The notes under the pieces were generated by a model. The model was not told the DNA's origin. It did not search any database and worked only from the letters and a program-made list of their open reading frames with translations. The translations under genes and the position numbers were made by a program. A DNA stretch of 64,000 bases from Lytechinus pictus (lineage: Eukaryota), in contig NC_087250.1 in assembly GCF_037042905.1 (NCBI RefSeq), positions 24,058,001-24,122,000 of the forward strand, in the 5' to 3' direction. Each line of letters begins with the position of its first letter. Within the stretch, counting starts at the first letter, position 1. Below, in pieces: positions 11,542 through 26,500 of this stretch.

Positions 11542-14500
11542 GTAAGTACCAAAGTCAGACTTCTTTTTTAAATCGAGTTACTGTTTCTTTTTTTATTTTC
11601 CCATTCTAAGATTAAATTTTCCATACCTACTAAGTTTTCCTATGATGGGGGAATATTCCTGTTTTTTGGGGAAAAGAAAAAAAAAATCTTTGTGTTCCTA
11701 TTTCTCTAAAAAAAAAAATCATGGTGTAGAATATGAAATTTAAGGATATTCTTATTTCTGGATTTTTTTTAATAATCTTCCTATTTTTTTTTACTATAAT
11801 AGTTATCAGCCAGATATGGAATTCCCAAAAGCAAAATGCACCCGTATATATGTATACATATACATGCACAACTTTCTTACAAACAAATGCGCGAAAAGAA
11901 ACAGTGAAATTCTTTGAGGATAAAGAAATAAAAAGGACCTGTTTCATTTTTGGTATCCGGATTCAGCATAGATTCTGTCATTTGCAAACATTGATCTCAT
12001 TTGATTTCCTTGATATCCCGATTCAGTTGTAGTCGTATGTTTATTTGCATTCCTTTTGTTTATTTAAATGTATTCGCGATAACATTTTTGTTGATTATTT
12101 TATGAAATCCACGAAATTAATCAAAATGCACTGCTGCTGTCGTGACGTTAAGAAAATTCACATGTTTTCTGTGGACAATGATGCAATATAGATTTAGAAA
12201 ATAATCAAGTCATTGCTATAAGCTAATGGAATTTATAGGAGTATTTTACAAACAGTTGTTTACTTCTCTTTTTTGTTTCCAAACCCGTACAGATATGGTG
12301 ACATTAGTGCTGTGAATGAGAAGGAGAAATGGTTTTCAATCGGTGCTATGTTGCTCGGAATCGTTGTCTTCTTCGGTATGATTCTCGGTGGTATGGCATC
12401 CATGTTGACCAACTTTGACGCACAGAGGGCACGCTACACACACCGTTTCAACGTCATAAAGGATTCGCTTGTAAGAAGATGTTTTATTCATCAAAAGCTA
12501 TTAGCTGTTTTTATGCAATATATTTTTTTTTATGATAATGATCTGGAGAAAAATTAGAAGTATTCTCGTCATTCTATTTAGAAAAACACACCCAAAACCA
12601 CACCTTTAGCCTTTCATATAATTGTCGTAACTGTTTTTTTTTTCAATGTTATCTCGTTTTAGTACCATGACCTCATTTGAGTAAACATATATATGACGAT
12701 ATATTTGAGTATTGATACACATAGTAGTCATTCACATAAGTCATTATTCAATAGTTAGGGTTAGGGTTATAATTAAATGGGGAAAACGAAGAGGTACATA
12801 TCTTCATATCTTCCTTGAAATGCGTGTGCACTGTAATCTTAGTAATTACGGCTGCCAAGCTCCAGCCGGGGAAATAATATCCAAGTCCTTTGAAGCGCAT
12901 AGAGACATTATTCATAATGTGATATGCGCTATACAAGAACTGTATATTATTATTATTATTATTAAGCAGAAGCTCGTTCCGCAAATAATCGGATTATAAC
13001 GAAAAACAAATCATCATGAGCAGTAGCGTTTTGAAATGAAATGTCCATATCATACATAAAGTTCCTGCTAATACAAATGCATGATCAAATCATGTAAGCC
13101 TAAATGTGTAGCCCAGATCGTGATATAGACACTTCAACAATCTTAATCCTTTTTCATGTATTTGTAATACCTGGCCCATGTACTTTTGGCCTCAGCCTGT
13201 TGAATAGATTTGATAAGTATGAAGAGGTGTCCAAGAAATGTACATGTTTGAAGATCGATGCTTCTTCTATATCTTTAGAAGAAAGCAATACTTTAAAGAT
13301 GATTTTATTATCACTACTTCAATATCTTAGGAAAAAAACATTAATTTGTGGAAGATTTTATTATTACTTCTTCCATATCTTAGGAAGATAGCACTATTTT
13401 TTTGATGATTTTATCATAACTACTTCAATATCTTCAGAAGATAGCACTAGTTTTTGATGTTTTTATTATTACTACTTCTATGTCTTCGAAAGATAACACT
13501 ATTGTGTGCATTATTTTATTGTAACTAATTATATATCTTCAGAAGATAACACTATTTTGTGGATGTTTTTATCATAACTACTTCCATACCTTCAAAGGAT
13601 AACAATATTGTGTGCATTATTTAATTGTAAGAGCATGATCGGTTAAGGGTTAGCATTGAGGTGATTTTTTTTTTAGGTATTTATATCAAAATTGATATCT
13701 CAGGTTTCAAAGAACTTAGTTTCATGAAGATTGATGATTCCGAAAGTACTGGAATATTCCATTTTATTCATGGGGGTGCTGTTACCTCTCATCATGGACG
13801 GACATTTTTACTTAAATTAAATTCACTCTAGTTTTATGGTTTTTAAAGTTACTCTTATTTGGTTTGGATGTTCTTGCACTCTGAACAGTAATCTATTATC
13901 AAACATAAATTAGTAGAAAAAAAATATTGGGGAGTAATTTTTTTTAGTAGGTGTTAACATTTCCATTTTGAAATTTCCGTCCGTGATGAAAAAAAAGATG
14001 AAAAGTTGTTTTATTCTTTATCAGAATATAAATAAAAAATTAAAAGGTGTAGAGGTATCTCACTAAACAATGTACATCATTTAATTTGAACATAGCTGAA
14101 ATCCATACATTTTATCCATATAATAAACTCAATAAAAAATGATCACGGACGGACATTAATTTCATCACGGACAGACAAAGTAAATTCACTCAAATTCAAT
14201 TCACTCTAGTTTTATTGTTTTCAAAGTTACTCTAATTTGGTTTGGATGTTCTTGCATTCTGAACATTAATCTATCATCAAACATAAATTAGAAGAAAAAA
14301 TTATGGGAAGTAAATTTTTCTGGTAGATGTTAACATTTCCATTTTGAAATTTCCGTCCGTGATGAATTTAATGTCCGTCCGTGATCATTTTTCATTGAGT
14401 TCATGAATGGATAATATGTATGGATTCAGTGTTTTATTCTTTATCAGAATAGAAACAAAAGTAAAAGTGTGTAGAAGTATGTCACTAGACACTGTACATC

Positions 14501-17500
14501 ATTTTATTTGAACATAGCTAAAATCCAGACATTTTATGCATATCATAAATCAATCAAAAATGATCACGGACGGACATTAATTTTATCATAGACGGACAAG
14601 TGAGCAATATAAGCTAATACTGTGGAAAAATCCATACACGCAAATGAGAGACTTTGCTGAGCAGATTACGAATTTAATTTTAGTTTCAATTTGCAGTGAA
14701 AAATGGCACTGAGAATTATTCAGAACTCAAATGGATGGAAACCTACAACTCTTCACAATTTTTTGTGATATCTTTGTTTGGCTGTTATTGGGGCTAAATT
14801 GTTGTCAGGAAAAATTGTTAAACACAATTGGAATGCAGAATTGCAGATAGAATTGGAAAGCTACATGTACTGTATGCCAAAAAAGCAGGAAATAAAGTAT
14901 GGCAAGAACAAGTACAAAACTGTATATTTAATTAATACATGCTTGCAGAAAGTGATGTAAAAGAAAGTAGAATGCATAATCTGATAAGCAGAAAAATCAT
15001 CAATTTTTTCCATATGTATTTATTTAACCTATGGACTCACAATGCTTCTATTAAACAGAACACGACACCACAGTTTTTAGGCTTGTGAAAAGTACAAAAA
15101 TACCTTTTTTCAAAGTCCATTTTGGAGCTAATTTTATTAAAGAAAATTCCTTATCTGGTAAACTGAAAATGCATACTATTTATAAAGCTTGCACTACATT
15201 GTTTAGAAGTTTAATAAGCTTTTGATTGGTATATGATTAATCAATTTCAATTTTGGATCTGTCAGGGCTTAAATACATGAGGGCTGTTGATGTTATGGGA
15301 TGTTTCCCCTTTAATATGGGCAAAAGATGAATTAGAAGAAAGCCTCTGACAATCGTTGTGCTCATACTTGATCCACCAAACAAGCATAAGGATCAGCAAC
15401 CTGTGAATCTTTTGGATTTAGTTAATGGAACTTAAAAACATCTTTGCTCTTGGAAAATTAATGCCCAAAAATGTATTAACATGTATCATCATGATATATG
15501 ATAGAATACTTGTATCAAGATTCGACATGATCATTGATCAACTAGATGTTGATTTGGTACCTACCAGTATTCTATCATTTGAAAAGAAGACAATGTGTAT
15601 TAGGACATTCTTTACATTTGATTTTGACAAGAAATGTGTTTAAAGCAATCATATTTGCAGATTATACTGTGCGTCTAGCATAGAAATCAAGTTGCTACAA
15701 CTTATATCAAGTTGTAGCAACTTGATTGAAGTTGTAGCAACTTGATTGTGCAACTAATACTGTTTAATCATAATTAAAAATGTACAAATCATCAATACAA
15801 TAGCATTTGTCCCCAAAAGAGTAATAAGAACTTCTTACAAGGTACTTTCAATGTATTTTAATTGTCCGTGATGTCCGTCCGAGATGTCCGTCCGTGATGG
15901 AAAATGTTTGCAATTCTCTCAGAAGTTTGATATTGGTTAAGAATTCAATATGCTGAACATAGAAGCTAACATACCTGAGTATTAGTTGCATTAAAAATTA
16001 TTGGTCAATGTTAAGCTATTTAGATAGAAACAATAAAAATGTAAAAAAAATAATCTGAAAACCACATTTCTATCATGTCCCGTCCGTCCGTGATATGGCA
16101 CATTTAGTAGATACCTATGTTTGCAGGTAACCATGGCAACAAACTTTTTTCATCATTCAGCATACTTTGTCCTACCCTTCACTATAAAACACAAAGGAAC
16201 CTTGTTCATCTTATTCCTAATTTGTTACAAGCCTTCAAAATTTTCAAAATCTATCAAATGTCCGTCCGTGATGAACCGATCACGCTCGTAACTGCTTCTA
16301 CAATATATCACTATTTTGTGGATGATTATAACTTCTTTCATATCTTCAAAAGATTTTGCTGATTTTATTCCTTTTACTTCCATGTCTTCAGAAGATAGCA
16401 CTATTTTGTGGATGATTTTATGATATTACTTCCATATCTTTAGAAGATAGCACCATTTTGTGGATGATTTTATTATAACCACTTCTATATCTTCAGATGA
16501 TAGCACTATTTTGATGATTTTATTATTACTACTTCCATGTCTTCGAAGGATAACACTATTGTGTGGATTATTTTATTGTAATTACTTCTATATCTTCAGA
16601 AGATAGCAATATTTTTGTGGCTGTTTTTATTATAACTACTTCCGTATCTTCAGAAGATATCACTGTTATGTGGATGATCTTATAACCTTTTCCATATGTT
16701 TAAAAGATAACATTTGTGTGTGAATTATTTTGTTTGAACTACTTCTATATCTTCAGAAGATAGCACTATTTTCGGAAGATTCATTATAATTACTTCCATA
16801 TCTTTAAAACATAGCACTATTTTGTGGATGATTTTATTATAACTACTTACATATCTTCAAAAGATAACACTATTGTGTACCTTATTTTATTATAACTACT
16901 TCCATATGGTCAACAATTTTATTAACCCCCCATATACAATTCATGAATTGTATGGACCATTTTGCTTGAGAAAATAACTAAAATTTTACCCCAAAATTAA
17001 TCTGAATATACAAGAAGCTGTATGAAATAGTTTACATATTGACATTTATTTATCAATCCATGTTTTATATTGCCTATATATATCTATATACCTATAGCAT
17101 ATTACACGATTTGTTTATCCTTAAATTGATCAATTCATTTCTTAATGTATGTTAAGATGTATCATTTGTTTATGTTTAATTGAATTTATTCGTGCATTTA
17201 ATCATGATTAATGTGTATGAAATAAAAAGAAGCGAACATATTGGATAATCTTACACTTTTTATCATTATTCTTGATGTTATAGAAGGACCAAAGTGTTCC
17301 TGAGGATCTACAGAAGCAAGTGATAGGTTACTACGAGTACCTGTGGGTCAGAAAGAAAGGTGTGACAGATGACAGTCTGATCAACGCTCTACCGCTTACC
17401 TTCCATGCTGAGGTCTCACTCAGTGGGAACAAGTACATTCTAGACAAGGTAAGATCGGCTACAATTGCTCTGATGGAAAATCTGCACGTCAAGCCAAACA

Positions 17501-20500
17501 TAAAACCCCAAATCCTAACGGAATAAACCCTAATCCTTATCTTTACATTTATTCTGAACAAAAAACTTTATTACAATCCTAATTCTAACCCAATGTCCTC
17601 TGATATATAAAGACATGAACAATTGTCGTAGAGGCATTTGCCGATACGACGCGATTTTTTAATAGTTTTTTTCATTTTGCATTGAATATGGAAGTTTCAA
17701 GAAGTATCTTTTTTTAATTTGAAGTTTGGCCTAATGTTAAGAATTATTCCAATTTCTTTAAAATTCGGATCGCATAGTGTGCGCTGGGTGTAAGGGGTAT
17801 AAGGGGTACAGTATATCATATTTTCCTCCTTTTCTCTCCACTACTTTCATGTAACAACTTAATCAACGGTCGACAAAACGTGAACTTATCACTACGAATC
17901 CTAACCTCTTTAGATCAGTATAAAGAAGGAGCTATGAACAAACAGTTGCAGGTTGGAATTGAGTTTAGCTTGACAAAATGCAAATACCTGCAGGGCTACA
18001 GGTGGCTTGTTTGTCACATTTTTAGGCGAGTTTATCTCCTACTTCCAGCCTGCATCAATAATACATGTATCTCAAAGCTGGAAGGAAATTGGCATCTAGT
18101 GCATTGCTGATTCAGGTCAATTTTTCTTCAGTACCGTCTTTTTTGTAAACTGTATAGTTTAGTTCTGCTACTATGTAAGAGTACCCAATTTTATTCCTAT
18201 CTTCTAAAAATAAGCATTAGTCGACCTATATAGTGGTAAGGCTATATTGATTTGCAACAAAGTGAAAAGTTTATTTGTTTATTTTCTTGAATATCCTTAT
18301 CACATTCTTATTCATTTACAAGTGACGATTGTCATGCATATTGAAATAGGTATTTTTCATTCTCCATATGAGCTGGGTTTAGTCAGTATTTTGAAGATCA
18401 ATCACAGACCTCCGACTCAACATTATTCTACTATATCATTGTCAAAGAACTGTTTAAAAAAACCTCTCATAATCTTCTATGGTCATGAACTTTTCTCTAC
18501 GTTTTCAGGCACCCATGTTCCAAGGGCTGAATGACGGGTTTCTGCGCATGCTCTCTCTGGAGATCAAGCCATCGCTGTACCTGCCGCGGCAAAAAATAGC
18601 GGGAAGAAACGAGATTTGCCATGACATGTACTTTATACAGAGAGGAGAAATCGAGGTAATGTTGAATGTTTTGATAAATATTACAACAAATTTAATCGAA
18701 ATATCATTAATTGACTGAAGATAGAAAGAATGGTAATGAAGAGAGAGAGAGAGAGAGATAGAGGGGGGGGGGGAGGCGGGGGGGGGGGTGAAAGAATTAA
18801 TAAGAGATAGTAAGTTTGAAATACAAAAAGAAAATGACAATTGACATTAGTCAAAAAGATTAACGGGTTAATACAAAAAGGAAATTAGATAGAGCTTATC
18901 AAAATATGAGTGGTTTACACTTTGATTTTCTATCATAATGTTTGAATTACTAAAATATCGAATAACCTCATGATGTTAGCTAAATTTGAAACATTAAAAC
19001 ATTTCTAGAGGAAAAAAGGGCATTAATCAAAACTATAATTAACTGATAACAATTCAAGATGGATATTTTCTTTCATGCAGGTTCTTTCCGCTGATGATGA
19101 TGACACACCCATTGCGAGACTCAACCACGGAAAACTCTTTGGAGAAGTGAGCGTTCTGTTTTCTTCTTTATCAGGAGATCCATATCATGCATATTTAGCT
19201 ATTCATATATTTCCTTTACTAATTGGTTTTGTTTGTTCAACATGATTTCTACACTTGTCACCCTACAAGTGGAAAAAAAATCAAGAGTAGTATAAGAATG
19301 CAACAAAATAATAACAATGGACGAAGGATTCTTGTTTTCTACATTTCTAAATCACTTTCACTAAACTGAGCAATCAAATAAAGTACACTTCGTATACCTT
19401 ATTAAATGATTTCCTTTGAGAATTGCATAGAGTATTATAGCCAGTATTCATCCCTTCCTTACATTTCTACGGATATCGCACGAATATATTAAATAAGTAA
19501 TACAAAATTCTTGTTATTTGTCTTCTTTCTTGTATTTTCTGGTCAATAGGTTAGTCTTATCTTCAGCATGCCTAGAACAAACACTATCCGAGCTGCTGCT
19601 CACTGCGACCTGTTAGTCTTGGACAAGGGTGACTTACAAAATGTTCTCCTTCATTACCCTGAAGGTAAGTTGTTTTCTTTTTTTGAGGGGGGGGTATTGA
19701 TATCTACGTAATTGTAATCGCGTCATATTACACACCCCTCGCTTTTAACTCTAACGATCCACTCCGTATTCCTTGTTAAATCATCACTGTCTGAAGGTAG
19801 GACTTTCATACTGTATAACTGCAGCAGATTAATCTTGCAGTAATCATCTGTCTCTTCTTCTCCAAAAGAGCCATCAGTTTAAATTAAAATTATATATCGT
19901 TTCTTTACTGGAAGGCCTTATAGTTATCTTTGAAGAAACGCAGTATATGAGTAACCATAATAGTAATTTCAATAGTGTTAGTACCAACCCATGCTCCTTT
20001 ACCTCTAATATTAATTAAAATTGTGCTAAATGAGACGAGATAAGTGTGCTAATTTTGCTCACTCAAATACAGCCAGTAATCTCCTCATAGTATTATTAAA
20101 CTGATCAGAAAATGAACTGAATTTCACAATTGGAATTTTTTTCATCTAATCAGGAATAAATTTTGAATCATTTTCATCTCTTTTAGTTGCCAAGAAGTTG
20201 CAGGATATCGCAGATCAACGTTGTGATGCAGCAGGTCTTCTAGAAGAACGTGTACGGGCTGGCGAAGGCATCATTCCTGCTTCCAAGAGCCTCTCAAGAC
20301 ATGGTAACCCTCAAAACAGTAAGCACTTATACAGAAACGAGCCTTTACCGGACTTTCTGGTATCTTGAAAGTGCAGTCTTCTAACCCTGATTCGAATATA
20401 TTGTCAATAATAAAGGTTTGTTGTAGAGCTAGATTATTAAGGTTCTACTGTTGGTGTAGAATCTATTAATCCACGCCAAAGATATGACATATAGTAGATA

Positions 20501-23500
20501 AAAAAAACACCCTTTATTTCTTTTAGTAAGAGAGTATAGAGAAAAACACTGTTTTGAATCTACCATTACGTTCTTGCTCCAATTATTACGTTTTTAAAAA
20601 CAAAATCATGAAATTACCATTTTCATCATAAATTACGTTTTTTACAAGTTTATTTATTCCAATCATTTTTGGGGGCTTATACATAAATCTATACCTTGGA
20701 ACAGTTATAGTTGAAGGGAGATTTTTACGGAAGATGGGAACATTTTACAAGACACTGATTAAGGATTTTTTATATGAACAATATGTATATTGTCAGATTT
20801 TCTGTATTTTTTTTAATTTGAGACAGAACCTAGTATTTTTTAATCATGTGATGATGATGATAAGATGCATTAAATCACTCCTCGCTGTCGTCCACATTAA
20901 AAAAAGTATTATCAATATTCAATTAGTAAAATACCAGGGTGAGTGCCGAGAGGGGGAAAGGATTTTAACAAAAAGTGTAATCAACTGGCTATTTCTCTTT
21001 ATATTCAGAACATGACACTGGATATCCACTCAATTCCTATGAAGCTTTTGACATGGAAGATGTAGAATCAGAATGGGTAACTGTGCACAGAGGATCAGTA
21101 GTCATGGTAAGTATTTTACGAAAAGTAATACATTCCATAGGAAACTAAATTTGAATCACTTTTTTGCATTATTGTTTATTTACTGGCCTTCGGTGACTTT
21201 GGAAAGTTGAGAGTTGTGTAAATTAATCTGGATTGTCTCGTATTAAAAATATTTCTTTGAAGAACGATTGAAAAAAGATATGGCAAGGGATATATTGAAT
21301 CACACCCTTGTCGAATGTGTTTTTCCGTATTAAAAATTACATAGCCTCTGAATATAAGCTGGAAATATTCACAATGCGTTAGAAAAGAGGGGGAGGGGGG
21401 GGGGAGGGGAACGAAATTTGTTTGAAAACAGATAACTCGTATGCTTCCATATTTCTGTGGGAAAAAAAGTTAGCTGTATCACTGTTCAAGATTTATTTTT
21501 ATTTTACATCATGCATTGAAGTATTTTGACGTCCTATCTTTGATATCATTAAAGCGTGTAATTAGTTGATTCTTTGTTTAGTTCATACTTACATACATAT
21601 ATAATTATTTATGCATGAACTTTAACAAAATACTAATAATACTCTTTCACATCTTAGTAATGACGTTGGCTTTTCTTTTTCGCTTCTCATCATCTGTAAC
21701 AATTTTTCCAACATGAAATGGATTGCTTTCTGAAATCCAAATTCTAATTCTCATTACTCCAATAAATTATTTTAAGAGATCTAAAACTTTTTTTTCTCGA
21801 AAAAGGGATATTCTTGTCAAAGCTGAAAACGTAGTTTTTCACATAAGGGAAATTATCATATCAGCGCTGAAAACGTAATATTTATTTATTGAAACACATT
21901 TTAATAAAAAAAGATTTCCAATCTGCCTTTCACACTTTTGTTTTTGATGTGTGTGAAATTTTAATGATTTGAACATTTTTGTTCTTCATATTTGGCCCTT
22001 AGAAATATTCTTTTATATAAATGTAAAATCGTATAATTTTGTGTTACATTTGAGACTTAATATGAGTTATAATAAATCAAAGAGATTCAAGTTTCATTTG
22101 GTATCAAACCAATATTATACGTTGTGTACCTCTAACAGCATGGTTATGAATTAGTACACCTCTTCCCTACTTCTTCAAAGATTGTTTGTACCAGTTAGAG
22201 CATAACATGGCACCAGCTTTATCAATGTAGACAATATTGAATCATTTCTTCCAAATAATTATAGTCAAATACATTTTTACCTGTACACCTGCTGACGAAT
22301 AGTTTAACAGTGTATGGGGGTATCTTGGTTTAGGAATAGAGTCTAGACCGGACTCGAAATCACATTTTGATGGCCTTGGTTGTGACCTCGGGCTGAGTCC
22401 ATGGCTTTTGGAAACAGGGATTCTGGGGGTAATTGTCTGGGGGGAGCTGCGTATGTTATACACCATAGGCAGTAACCCCTAGAAATGTGGTTGGTATGCT
22501 CAAAATGGAGATTTTACAAAAATCTCCATCATTTGGAAGTGAATACCCCCCCTTTTTTTGCTTGCTTGTAATTTTTTTCTGACGATCCCGTTTATTTAGC
22601 TGGGGAAACCTTTTTTTTTTGTATATCATTTTTTTTTCTGACCCAAATCCCCTTCATTTTGGAGTAAAATATTTTCTTGTTAAGAAACCAGCACCTCTTT
22701 AGAAATCGTTCCAGGCCCCTGGTTGAGTTTTATGTAGCAGTAGCACCAAAGGAAGGGTGTGACATCTTCTGTAATCCATTATTTTCATACATTTTGAGTG
22801 GAAAAATAGAGAATGACATGCAAAAGAGATGTATGGATAGAGGTGCACGAGGTTGTGTGTGTGAATTTATGTGTGTATGTCTGTTTGTGGGGGCGGGGAT
22901 ATATGACAGATAAAAACACATATTTTAGTATAATTCTGGCTGATGATGATAACCAAGAGTTGAGATCTCGTTTCAACGGAGAATAACATTTGCAATTTTG
23001 AGTTTAAGGGTATGAGAGAGAGAAAGAGTGGAGGTAGGTTATGTCAGGCGTGTACTATGATCCCGTTTCTTGTTTTTCTTATATCCCGTTTTCTTTGTCT
23101 GTCTCTGTCTCCTCCTCTCTTTCTTTTTTCTGTTGTTTTTCATAACCCCCTCCAAAATCATCGGATCATATTCCCTCTTTGATTAGCCGAACATAACAGG
23201 AATTAATTCTAACATCATGCATTGCTTACAGGCTGCCTCAAACAAAGACTAACAACAAATAATAATTCCCGATTGACCCCCATATTAGCATTCGTAACGT
23301 TACCCCATATTTCAAATGGTGCAAAATTGATTGAAACAATTTTTAATATCCTCGTCACTGCATTCCCCCTATCACTTGAAGAACTTTAAGAAAGTCGTAC
23401 ACACGAATTCAGAATAAAGGATTAAGTTTTGTTAACTTATCCAAAAAAATTCCATGGTTTCTAGAAAATTGCTTGATTTGGATACTTCTTAACACAACAT

Positions 23501-26500
23501 AGTGTGCAATAACGAGTAGAAAAATGCCAGTAGACTAACAATGCTTTGATATGAAAATAATCAAACTAGTTGCAGAAGCAAGGGATTGGTAACTCTCTGC
23601 TTAAAATCGGTTATTTTGCCGTATGCATTTGCACAAACGGCATTTGTCTTGAAACGTTCTCGAGACATAAAATACTGGTAATCAATATTAATGACATGTG
23701 TTTCTTTTTTTGAGGAATTCATTCATCAGGTTTGGTTACGATCGAATTTGATTCTTTATTTATTTATTTATTTATCTATTTATTTAGTAGATTTTATTCA
23801 TTAATTTATTTTATCTTGGGGAGGGGGGGGGGGCTGCTTACAAGATATATACCGGTATTAATAGAAACGGATAAGAAAAAAATTGTATTTAATTACTGGT
23901 GTTTTGAATCTTTAATAAACAATTATCACTTTTTGCGTAAATCAATCATGTAAATAACTTTTGAAGTAAGTACATGTACAACTCTGTTTTCAGTAGAAGA
24001 TGATAAGCTCAATGTCCATTCAGTTGTTCATTTTATTGACATCGTACGACATTTTATCACATTGCCTTAATCAGCACAGCCCGGCTCGGATGACACCATC
24101 GGTAAGAAAGTTCTTGCTTCCAAAGTCGAGATTCAGCTTCTTCGATCTCGCAAAGAAAGCTTGTCACATCACCCTTTTCACAAAACATTTTCCTATCTTG
24201 TATTTATGCAGTAGCTATAGCACCGTAGTAATCCTTGTAGATATGTGCAAAGAATGTCTTTTGTCTTGTATATGTGCACATTTCATCGCTTCAGCTCCAC
24301 CCGTATTTCTCTTTCATCCAATCAGTGTTCGCGTGTAATGATATGCATATCTTGTCACATAAGCCCAGCCCACTTTCTTTCCTAATCCAATTACCATCAC
24401 CGTACAATTTGCACTCCTTAGGCAGGCATGGCGTCAATATCCCTTGTGTCACACGCTGTGTCTTATGCAGAGCGTTGTATTCATGATTGGAATCCACAAG
24501 CCCTTTCAAGCAAGTGCTAATTTAGTATTTTCATGCACCTTGAAACTCGAGCTAATAAAATATATTTATCGTAGTTTTACTCCCGTTCACTATTTCAATG
24601 CGTATATTCTAGACATTTATCCTGGTGATAATTTCATGTACAGCTCTGCTTGAGCAAAGCTTTGTATACAACTATCATGTACCTAGGTGTTATTTGTTTT
24701 GAGCCAATGGAGATATAATGGATGAATATTCAAGTAATCATATCCATCAAATTTAAATAATTATTTCAACATTTCAACATTGAAAAAAAAACCATGAAGA
24801 AACAAATGAAGACCCTGCATTCTTTATATTGTGTAATATGTTTTCTCTTATGTACATTGTGAGAAAGTGATGTAAAGTTATTCTTCATCTTCATACTGAC
24901 ACTTTCATGCTCAATTCTTAGCAATCATTCTTTTAACCTATCCATTTGTGTAATGTATATAGATAGACATATGTATTCATATTTATATATAAAAAATCGA
25001 GTATACTTCTGCATGCTTATTCTCCGTTTTCCAACTTTACTTCCGATGTTAGTGTGGTTTTCGATAATACACAGAATAATTTACTTCTCTTATGCTTTCG
25101 ATGTAAACTGTATATCCTTGCTTTATCCTTCCTTTTCAACCTATTGACAAAAAATAGTCTTTATTTTATTTGTTGATGTTCGTAGCATATATGTTTTACT
25201 GGAATTGTTGCAGATATTAGCGTTGCATATTAACTTACAAATACAAACTGAAACTAACAAATTGTATGCCTATACTTTTGTTCACAATGATTAGACTAAG
25301 GAAATTAATCTTATCAATAAAACAAAAGGTAGAGCGGCAAAACTTTACAAGTAAATGACTGCATTTGGAAAGATCAGTGTTGATGATAGGTTGATTTAAT
25401 TTCATTAATATGTCCTGAAATAAATATTGTTAAAGCCATTAATCCTTGCAGACCATTAAAATTGATTTGGTTACATAAAGCAAGAAGAAATTATGTCAGA
25501 TGGTCAAAAGATTATACACAAGAAGAAGAGGTAGGTTAAAATCGGCTATGACAGGATGACATCAGAAATAATTGAGTTACATGAATAAAATTAAAACAAG
25601 TAGACGATGAGGCCTTTCTTCAACAATAGAGCAAAAACTGCTAGAAAACCAGACATAGAATAGATAGACGGGATACAGTTCATAAATACTCCCTCAGTAT
25701 ATACGTCGCTCAGGTTTTATCTGATAACATTGATTAAAAAGAAGGCAAATTCTGAAAAGTTTTATGGTTTCAAATTGAATTTTGTACAGCAATTACTGAC
25801 ATTGTAACAAAAGATATTAATGGTTACAGATTGTGTAACTAAAGGTACATGAAATCCAAGAAAGACATTGAAAATACACAGTTTCAATTACAATGATAAA
25901 ATAAGATATCTTATATTTTGAGTGGACTAAAACAATCCCAATTCGAGCAAATTAATCGATTGCTGAATGACATGATAAATTCAATTTTTTTCTTATTATT
26001 TTCAACAGCGTACTGGACGTCATTTACGTATCTTATGGGATGACATTCAATCTCTGATCACAGACACAGTGGTTCTACCAAACTCACGATTCGCTAGGCT
26101 CTGGGAGCTTCTTGTTCTTCTTGTCACTCTCATCATCGCCTTCCTATACCCCTACTGCGCCAGCTTCATCGGTATGCTCACTTGGAGTTACCAAAGTTTA
26201 ATACTGCAAGACCGCTATAATTTCACCTTTCTTATAAAAAAATTGGATGATTAATTGTTTTATTTCATTATATGTAAGATTAAACTGAGGCGTCTACTTC
26301 AAATATCCTGGGTGTATATGCTTTTCTCTATAACGGATTGAGTCATATAGGATTAAAACAAAATATTATAAGCATGATGACTATCCGTCGGCGATTTATC
26401 AGGGCCTTTAGTCACCAACTCTTTTCCTGGCAAATTTCCTCTTTTATCAGTTTTATGTAAAACATATTTCTATCACTTAAAAAAGTTTCCTTATTCAATT

